Assembly (NCBI GenBank): GCA_965655095.1
Contig: OZ296658.1
Coordinates: 17,484,001-17,548,000 of the forward strand
Length of the DNA stretch: 64,000 nucleotides
Reading direction: 5' to 3'
Source of the DNA: Haplodiscus bocki
Taxonomy: Eukaryota
Below the pieces are notes generated by a model, which saw only the letters and a list, made by a program, of their open reading frames with translations, had not been told where the DNA came from and searched no databases. Made by a program: the position numbers and the translations under genes. Below are positions 1 to 7,649 of this stretch, piece after piece. The first letter of the stretch is position 1. Every line of letters begins with the position of its first letter.

Positions 1-556
1 TGGTATCCACTCGACTACCGGGCAGATAATCCTATGTCAACTGCTAGAGAGATATCTTCTCCCAGCAACAGTGATGATAACTAACGGATGCTGGCATCGG
101 TCGCGTGGGCGCTGGTTGCTGGTGAACGTTGGTTGTTGCGGGGGTGCTGGTTGCTGCGAGGGTGTTGAATGTCGTTGAATACTGCGATTGTATGATTGTT
201 GAGTTTTGGAGAGACTCTGCTAAGTCTTCCTGAAGTCAAGACTTCGTTTGTTCCTGTTGAGGATAGGAGAGTTTTCTAAATGTTTGCAAAATCAAGACTT
301 AAGAAATTTTTGGCCAAAATTTCTTTTGGCAGAGTGACGTTAGAGAAGAGAGAAGTTCTGATTTTTGGCAACTTTCCGGAAGGTCGGAAAGTTGATATGA
401 GTGAAGTTGACTGCTCTGCAGATCGGGTCGAGAATGAAGGTATGTCGCCATATCATGTAACCAATAAGAGCGTTCCGCATGTCTGGCAATTTGAATATCA
501 GAACCAATTGCGTTGAACCATGTTCCAACACTTAGAATTTTTGCTTTTTTGCTCAT
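1..556 (-). pseudogene. Stop-interrupted minus-strand reading frame, Q/P/T/S-rich, possibly a decayed retroelement (Gag-like) ORF
   Basis: The frame of ORF 299..556 continues leftward through isolated stops (...KIS*VLILQTFRKLSYPQQEQTKS*LQEDLAESLQNSTIIQSQYSTTFNTLAATSTPATTNVHQQPAPTRPMP). No diagnostic motif is visible; the call rests on composition and the adjacent LTR. Confidence 0.2.
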
Positions 557-709
557 CTGTGCATTTCCAATCCTTTCAGCTTACTTTTATACTGACTACT
601 ATTGCCGCCTCAATGTCGGCAACTTCGTTTGTTATTATTCCCCCGTGTCTGTCTTCTTGTTATTAACCCGGAGGAACTCCAGACATCTACATTTCTTGTT
701 GTTTGCATA

Positions 710-969
710 TGTCAGGGATTAATGAACTCTTTCAAGTTCGCTAGTTTTTTATTGATTCAACAAAAACAGCAGCTGAAGTTCCCTGGTTAAGCAAACTTCA
801 ATTATTGATTTCATATAAAGATGAGGCTGAAGTTCCCTGCTAATTTATTCAAGCTTATAAAAGCGTCTGCGAGTGCCTTATTAGCCATTAGTCATTTCCT
901 GTTCAATTGCTTACTGCGCATATCTGAGAAATACGGCACATTTGTTTAAGCGTTAGCCATAACGCGACA
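710..969 (-). mobile_element. LTR (260 bp), probably the 3' LTR of a Ty3/Gypsy-type retrotransposon remnant
   Basis: The minus strand starts TGTCGCGTTA (969) and ends CCCTGACA (710), giving TGTC/GACA inverted termini. AATAAA lies ~40 nt before the end, and a polypurine tract immediately precedes the start. No partner LTR is seen in the window. Confidence 0.65.
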
Positions 970-981
970 TTATCCCCCTCT
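970..981 (-). promoter_or_regulatory. Polypurine tract (plus-strand priming site) of the LTR element
   Basis: Minus strand AGAGGGGGATAA directly abuts the TG of the LTR and is preceded by a small hairpin AGCTGA-GTA-TCAGCT. Confidence 0.65.
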
Positions 982-2758
982 AGCTGATACTCAGCTGAGC
1001 TGTATGGTTTAAGTTTCTGTTTAATAAAAATTATAGCAACTGTTTGTTTTGTGTAAGTAGAGCTTCAGCAAGCATTCAGCTTCTTGGAAGGTACTTGAGA
1101 TTTGTGAATTGTGTGAACTGTCTACTGACACACCAGAGACGTATTCAGTGAATACAATGGTAGAAGTAGCTGCAGTTTCGACTGGGGGGGGGAATAACGG
1201 AAAAGACCCCAATGTTTCAATAAAAACATGCTCATAGAAAGCTGATTTTATCTTTCAGATTTTCCTGCTATTGGTGCAGAGCGTTGACCATGACTGGCCG
1301 TGTGATTTGAAGCCACGTTGGTCTAGAGGTGTAAATTTCAATTAAGACTTACCTTTCAATTTTAGAGTTTGAACATTCGTGAGAAGATGACGGGTCTGAA
1401 TCTGAAGTTCAAGGGCAAGGGAATCGAAGACGAGTTGAAGTATCTCATGTTGTGTCTGGCTAGACTCATCTGTGCATTCCCCCTACTCCTAATCTACAGT
1501 GACAGGTCGTCCTCACCCAGCACCTCAAGTCACAACTCGTCAATCAGTCCTGTTTCGGTCGTGACCCCTCTGCTGGAAGGAGGACTTGCTCCCTCTGGAA
1601 CTGTGCTACTGGGATCTAACAGCCAGGTCTGCAATCTCGTGTTTGGGCTAACGGCTCTGGTCACTCAGGTGCAGTTGCCCGATTTGGCCCAGGAGTCCAT
1701 GAAGGTTGGTGGTAATAATTTGAGAGGCAGATATTGGTGGTTAAAGTATCCTCCTTGTAAATCGCGTGGTTGAGAGTTCGATTCCACGCGATAACCATCT
1801 GTGTGTTGTTTTATGTGATCCAAGTTTATTTCGTCATCAGAGAAGTGATGAAAAACAATAAACTGGGCAGAGAAATTTCATCAGTAAATCATAATTGCAA
1901 AAATATTATACTCTAAAGGAGTTTTGCATTCGAGTTAATTCCGTTAATGTGTCTTGTTGAAAGTTTTGGAGCTTTCCTTTAACACACACTCACCCACAAA
2001 ATAATGGCTGCGTGAATTATTATTAAGTGGCCCTAATGGGTAGGCTCTGGCGAAAAGCCAATCAGTTAAAATTCGTTTGCGATTGTCATAAAATTATCGT
2101 TGGATAAGATTACTATGAATACAATACAATATTTTATTCAGAAGAAAATTTCATTTATTTACTTTTGTGGTACTCAAAGCTGTAAAATAATTGTCACTCT
2201 ATCATCAAAAGATACAACCTCCGCTTTGAGGAGTCATACAACGACGCATCTCGAAGAAAGCGTTTTCCCGCAGCCTTGTGTGGGGTTCCCTAGGTTGAAG
2301 AATAGTGCCAACAACTCGACGTTGAGCTGCTTTCTGCAGAGGGTTTTTACGTCAGTGTCTGCATTATTTTAGTTAAATTCTTTAACTGTTGACTAATTTA
2401 TCTGAGATTCGACGTGTTCTGTTAGCGGAACGAATTCGGTGGCTGCTTTTGTCTCTTCCCAATTCAATTCATCAATGCTTCTTTCAAGGTCATTGCTGTT
2501 TCCTGCCCTTTTGCTGGTGTGTTTGCTTATGTAAGTCTTACCGTTCCTCTGAGTTTCATCCTCAGATGAAACTTGCATACAAGTTATGACGACTTGAATG
2601 TTTTTGGGCAATTAATGAAAAAAATAATTTCAAAAGATTGTTGAGCGGATAAGTAGCGACGTCACAGGTTTCAAATGAATACATCGTGTTTACTGCATGA
2701 GTGAAACCTGTGTTACTGAGGGTACAGCGTTAGACGCAATCAAGCAGATTGCGCGTCA

Positions 2759-3201
2759 GTCACATGATCGGCGGTAAGACAGCCTTCTTACCATCAGAGA
2801 CCTCTCATTGGCTCTTACAGTAATTGGATAAGTAGCTACTAGATGTTAAACTCCGATTTCGCAGCACTTGGTGGTGATTGATGCAAATTTTCAGTGTTCT
2901 TGCTCCGTAAATTAAATATGGCGGAACAAGATAGGTAATAGGCGTTTGTTTATGTGCAACAAAACCTCAAATTGTATTGTATCCAATTTAAAGTGCTCCA
3001 TTGAAAGGGTACGGTGTACCATCTATGTTCTGCAATTCCTTCAGTTTTAGTTTTTTGTACTTGTAATGAATTCTGGATTTATTATAGTCGTTCAAATTCT
3101 TTTCTTGTCTTGTACAAGTGTATTCGTCTACGCTAGTGTTTTTATGTCTGAACAGTGATCAAATCCGACGTCTTCGGACAGTGGTGTGGTGCACTTTTTT
3201 G
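2759..3201 (+). promoter_or_regulatory. Possible Pol II promoter and first two coding exons of an unidentified gene (MAEQDSDQIRRLRTVVWCTFL...)
   Basis: E-box-like GTCACATGAT (2759), ATTGG boxes (2807, 2823), TCAGT initiator (2891) and AATATGGCG start context (ATG 2918). A donor AG|GTAATA at 2935 and an AG|exon 3156-3201|GTAAAT splice in frame. No convincing downstream exon was found. Confidence 0.3.
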
Positions 3202-4418
3202 GTAAATTTCGCGTAATGAAATCGGATGTGAATCATTGGGCCGAAAAAAACCAAGCTTGTTACGTTCAACCCGCGTTTTATTTTATCGTTCACATGTCAC
3301 ATTTATCGCATAATTGCGCAACTTTTATTCGGTTCTGGCCTTGATTTTCTACCCCATTTTTTGGATCAGTTTGTCCCTTTGTTCATGTCGGAGAGCCAAA
3401 TTTCGAAAATTAGCTTTTGAAGGTGTTTTTTTTGTAGACCAAACGCCCAAAAAAACCGGTGTTCGGCCGGAAACTCACGTTTGGGACATCCTGTCAATAC
3501 TTTTTGCTGATCGGTTACTATCATCAATTTCATTAGAACTTTTTTCAGTCAAAGTTTTTGCTCGTGAAAAAGTTGGGTCCTCAACGCGAGAAATATCCTT
3601 ACTTATAACTTGAATTTCCATATGTTTTCAGTAAGTTTTTCTTCAATTTTTTTTCATCGGAAATTGTCTGTAGCATTGCAGGCATCCATCACATGTTCAA
3701 CAACTCACCACGCAGTAAATTTCCGTTAGTCAATGGGTGGCGTCTTTCAATTTTTTTCAGCTTTCAATTGGTCTTTAAAGTGCTTTCTGGTAATGAAAGA
3801 CCCGAACAAATATATATCCCGAGAAAACTTCAAGATTATAACTTTTCATCGGAACCTTCATCCACTGGGTCTCAATTGAATATTTTGATTTTTTTCGACA
3901 TTTCTGTGTGTCAAGGGCTCACACGTTACAGTTCCCGTGACTTAACTGGACTTGGACTTCGAAATTTTACAGTCCCACTTTCTTTCGACAATGGTAATAT
4001 CAATGGCGAGGTGTTGGATTGGGATCATTGAGAAAGAAGGCTGGAAACACCATTTTTTGATAAGCAGCGAACTTGTAGCGTACCGTACTGTCTTTGGATA
4101 TCATCAAACTTGTGATTGGAAAATCGAAATTATTATCCGTTGCGTCTTCAACGGGCATTCTCTGTAGAAGAATGGTAGTCGGGTGGACCTTTGTACTGTG
4201 AGTTCAATTCCTCGTCAAGCAGTGAAGAGAAGCTGTTCAACGTAAGCGCTCAACGTTTTTTTCCTTCGAACCATTACACATTGCTTTTCGAAATTCACAA
4301 GAACTTCTACTTCGTTTTCATAGTTGGTGAGAGTTTTCTTCGCTACGTACTTTTCATATTTTTCAGAAAGATAGCTAGTTATTGGAAGTTTTTGTGATTT
4401 TGGATCAGCTTTCTTAGC

Positions 4419-4618
4419 NNNNNNNNNNNNNNNNNNNNNNNNNNNNNNNNNNNNNNNNNNNNNNNNNNNNNNNNNNNNNNNNNNNNNNNNNNNNNNNNNN
4501 NNNNNNNNNNNNNNNNNNNNNNNNNNNNNNNNNNNNNNNNNNNNNNNNNNNNNNNNNNNNNNNNNNNNNNNNNNNNNNNNNNNNNNNNNNNNNNNNNNNN
4601 NNNNNNNNNNNNNNNNNN
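4419..4618. other. Assembly gap (200 N)
   Basis: Run of n; contiguity of the two sides is not guaranteed. Confidence 0.99.
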
Positions 4619-4942
4619 TAAGAAAGTCTCCAAAGCTTACACTGTTATTAGTTTTGTAAATTTGCCTTGCTAAACCGCGCGAACAAAGTTGCGTAAGTTC
4701 TACTAGCAAGGACTTGGTGAGCAAAGAAAGAGTATGAAATAAGAGATGAATTATTTGATGAATATACGGAAATGGCCGTTAATTTCATAAATGTAAATGA
4801 GCATAAGATAAGATTAAATATCGGGATAGTAAGATTATTAAGAGCTTAGAATTGAGCAATCCAAATTATTAAAATACAGCAATAATTTTCCGCATTAACT
4901 TCAAGAAAATATTACAAATTATTGAACTCAATTTTATTAAGA

Positions 4943-5446
4943 ATGGCAGCTAATAACGATTCTCCTCGATCTCCTCCTTTGAATGAGCAGAGGCCTAATA
5001 ATCAGAGGCTAGGGATTGAAATTCCGTTAGGCCTTCCCGAACACCTGCCCCAAGAAGAGATGACTCCGTCTCCAGTGGTTCCAGATGAGGATCACGATCA
5101 CTTTCTGGGGTTATACTACCGCGTAGATGTTGAGGCGTTAGACGAATGGGCCACAACAACAAGGTTCATGAGGGGGAGTATTGGATACATCGTGCAAGAG
5201 CCGGAGATCACTGATAACTTCAAACAATTCTTAATCATTATGTACGGCTCCAACTGGGAAAAGAGAGTTCTCAGTTACCAAGTAATGATAATAGAACAAC
5301 TGCATGCACTTATAACTGGATACAGTAAATTGACCAGTCGAATAAAGCGGGCCTGGTTAGACCAGTTCGATTCTTGGAGTCCAAGTCGACTTCAAGCACA
5401 AATCAAAGGGCTCGCGGAGTCCGGAGGTTTCTTTGAAATTGAATAA
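4943..5446 (+). CDS. Orphan intronless ORF, 167 aa from the first ATG (MAANNDSPRSPP...GGFFEIE); probably an element accessory protein
   Basis: ATG in AGAATGG context; P/N/E-rich N-terminus followed by a globular-looking region. Hairpins and AATAAA (5549-5554) follow the stop. A stop-interrupted upstream frame (...AKKEYEIRDELFDEY..., ...IIELNFIKNGS*) overlaps the start. No family recognised. Confidence 0.55.
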   Translation: MAANNDSPRSPPLNEQRPNNQRLGIEIPLGLPEHLPQEEMTPSPVVPDEDHDHFLGLYYRVDVEALDEWATTTRFMRGSIGYIVQEPEITDNFKQFLIIMYGSNWEKRVLSYQVMIIEQLHALITGYSKLTSRIKRAWLDQFDSWSPSRLQAQIKGLAESGGFFEIE

Positions 5447-5491
5447 GCCTTCGGGCTTTACTTTAGGTGGCGCGGGATTAACCTGCGCCAC
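5445..5491 (+). other. Two hairpins immediately after the ORF stop
   Basis: AAGCC-TTCG-GGCTT (cUUCGg tetraloop, 5445-5458) and GTGGCGCGGG-ATTAA-CCTGCGCCAC (10 bp with one G.U pair). Confidence 0.6.
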
Positions 5492-5820
5492 AATTATATT
5501 CTGCTTCCGTTCCAGTGCTGCATTAAAGTAAGATAAAAATTGCACAAGAATAAATACTTTATAAAATTTTTATCAACAATATGAGTAGGTTAAATTTATT
5601 CAATTCTTTAAAGAATCAATAGCTGAGAACAATAAATAGTATAAATTTACAAATTTCCAAAAAGAAGTTGGAAGTTTTCATCAATTTATAAACTAGGTTG
5701 AGGTATACAGTTTAGATTTTTTGACTAGAACGAATGATCACATCCGTCTTTCCTAGCCCAGGCATTGCCTTTGCTTTTCTCTCTTTTACTTTTAGATTTT
5801 ACTAATCTTATCTGATTCAA

Positions 5821-6434
5821 TTTTGTCTACAACCTTGGTAACATGCCGTAATAGCAGTCCACCAGGTCAAGTCTCTTAGATCCCAATTTGTCCGTACCAA
5901 GAGTTAAATCTTGTGGATTTATCAGACGGGATGCCAGATTTTATCTAAGACTCGGGTAACATGCCATAAAAGCAGTCTACCGAGTCAGGTCCCTTAGGTC
6001 CTCTTTTTTGTCAAGCGTGAACCGCTGACGAGGAGATTACATGCATTTTACTTTTAGATTAAGTTGTTCCTTTTAGCCTTTTATTTAAACCCGAGTAACC
6101 TGCCTTAGCATAGCAACTGGGCACAGATCTTAAGTTCCCCGTATTTCCAACCTTGAGTAAATCTTCAGGATTTATTGGAGGGGTTAAATGTTTTAGGTTT
6201 TATCTACAGCTCAGGTATAGCTCGCAAAAGCGGCACCTGGTGATTTCTCTTAGTCCCTTTTTTAACTCGTACGCGGAAATTTCTTCGCGACTTATCGAGA
6301 GGGATTGTTTAGAAAAAATATTTTAGGTTTTATCTACAACTCAGGTATAGCTCGCAAAAGCGGCACCTGGTGATTTCTCTTGGTCCCTTTTTAACTCGTA
6401 CGCGGCAATTTCTTCGCGACTTACCGAGAGGGAT
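5821..6434 (+). repeat. Five diverged ~100-112-nt two-hairpin modules (5821-5932, 5939-6037, 6079-6185, 6198-6305, 6328-6434)
   Basis: Shared TTTT(A/G)T(C/T)TA start and a (C/T)CTT(A/G)(A/G) hinge. Stems differ in sequence but keep pairing. Modules 4 and 5 are a near-identical 130-bp duplication. Confidence 0.7.
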
Positions 6435-6611
6435 TACTTAGGAGAAAATGATCAGTGAGATTTACTCTACTAGATCAAGGCAAAGTTGCAACTTACGGAT
6501 ACCAGAGCTGGGTAGGGATGATGGGGAATCGACTGCTGGGAGAGACTTCGCTGAATGATCCAGGGAAATAATGCTGATAACTCGTAATTCTTTCAAAATA
6601 ATCTAATCCAG

Positions 6612-6964
6612 TATTTTCGCTGATAAGCGTTATGCGGCTAAGTCAGAATTTGACTTAGAATATTTTCGCTGGTAAGCGTTTTGCGGCTAAGTCAGAATTT
6701 GACTTAGAATATTTTCGCTGACGAGCGTTTTGCGGCTAAGTCAGAATTTGACTTAGAATATTTTCGCTGATAAGCGTTTTGCGGCTAAGTCAGAATTTGA
6801 CTTAGAATATTTTCGCTGATAGGCGTTTTGCGGCTAAGTCAGAATTTGACTTAGAATATTTTCACTGATAAGCGTTTTGCGGCTAAGTCAGAATTTGACT
6901 TAGAATATTTTCGCTGATAAGCGTTTAGCGGCTAAGTCAGAATTTGACTTAGAATATTTTCGCT
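6612..6964. repeat. 49-bp minisatellite, 7 full copies plus 10 bp
   Basis: Unit TATTTTCGCTGATAAGCGTTTTGCGGCTAAGTCAGAATTTGACTTAGAA starting at 6612, 6661, 6710, 6759, 6808, 6857, 6906 and 6955 (partial). Contains the inverted repeat CTAAGTCA-N5-TGACTTAG. Confidence 0.97.
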
Positions 6965-7082
6965 CGCTCCAAGAGAAGAGTAGAATTGGGAGAGTAAGAG
7001 GATAAGAAAAGAAGAAAAGTTAACAGCGATGGGTAAAAGGGTTTCGCCTCGGGTAATAAGGCAAGTGAGCGGGAGCGAGCGT

Positions 7083-7171
7083 CTGAAAATTGTGGCTGAG
7101 CACTGGGTATTTATACCCCGTTTTGGTCACGTGACCTAGCATGTCGATCATGCAACCAATAGGAAAATCCC
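7083..7171 (-). promoter_or_regulatory. Leftward Pol II core promoter
   Basis: Minus-strand order: GGGATTTTCC (kappaB-like, 7162-7171), ATTGG (7156-7160), palindromic E-box GGTCACGTGACC (7125-7136), TATAAATA (7115-7108) and TCAG with its A at 7084, 31 nt from the first T of the TATA box. Confidence 0.6.
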
Positions 7172-7649
7172 TCGAGGATGGGCGAATTAGAATTTTTATT
7201 TTCTGTAAAATTAAATCTTGAAATTGTGCAATTTCAACTTTGTAAATCGAGCTGTCAGTTATTTTAATCTTGCCGTCGTAAAGTCTACCAATATTTATTT
7301 GTAAACTTCCATATCAGCTTTGTAGCCAACTTGTCTCACTTATCTATTCACCATTTCCTGCCTGCCAGGGTCTTTTGTTTGTTTCGCCCAAATGGGTTTT
7401 GCAACTTCAGCCTGCCATCCGGGTAAGTCAAATATTAATTCTTTCGTAATCTCATGAATTTCGCAAGTCAAGTTTGAATAGCAAATACACGAACTGCACT
7501 AATCACTTTGAGTATTTATCTGAGAATTACAAATTTTCGAGGCCTTCATTTATCGCCGAAAGCTCTTGAGGTTAGTTTAAATCTTTCGTTAACTTTAACT
7601 TAGGAAATAGCGCCTTTTCTAAGATTTGAGCGTTCCCTGTAACGCGATA

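Larger units (their letters stand above)
4619..7649. mobile_element. Terminal part of an unclassified mobile element abutting the tRNA-derived array
   Basis: Sharp junction at 7649/7650, in the middle of an array subunit. The terminus GCGTTccctgTAACGCGAtA resembles the LTR terminus GCGTTagccaTAACGCGAcA at 950-969. The block contains a compact ORF, structured repeats and a promoter. The left part is lost in the gap. Confidence 0.5.

Noticed and set aside
1369-1773. 134-aa plus-strand ORF as a gene
   Set aside because: Low-complexity Ser-rich translation, non-ATG track start, no motif, and antisense to the adjacent LTR/PPT orientation.
4215-4724. ORFs 4215..4724 and 4379..4633
   Set aside because: They are open only because they cross the N gap. 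The minus-strand frames left of the gap are broken by stops and unrecognisable.
5445-5464. Bacterial rho-independent terminator (hairpin plus T run)
   Set aside because: The window is eukaryotic (intron-containing Pol III tRNA genes, LTR, AATAAA); kept only as an RNA hairpin.
6612-6964. CRISPR array
   Set aside because: The units are contiguous near-identical 49-mers with no unique spacers, there are no cas genes, and the context is eukaryotic.
5821-6964. Hammerhead, twister or HDV-like ribozymes in the structured repeats
   Set aside because: CTGACGA occurs (~6025, ~6718) but without stem II plus GAAA. TAAC..GC lacks the twister loop-4 motif, and GGCTAA in the 49-mer lacks a P1/P1.1 partner. 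A covariance-model search would be the proper test.
710-7649. One intact LTR retrotransposon spanning 710-7649
   Set aside because: The two ends share only a short terminal motif, not a full LTR. No gag-pol is visible and a gap separates them.
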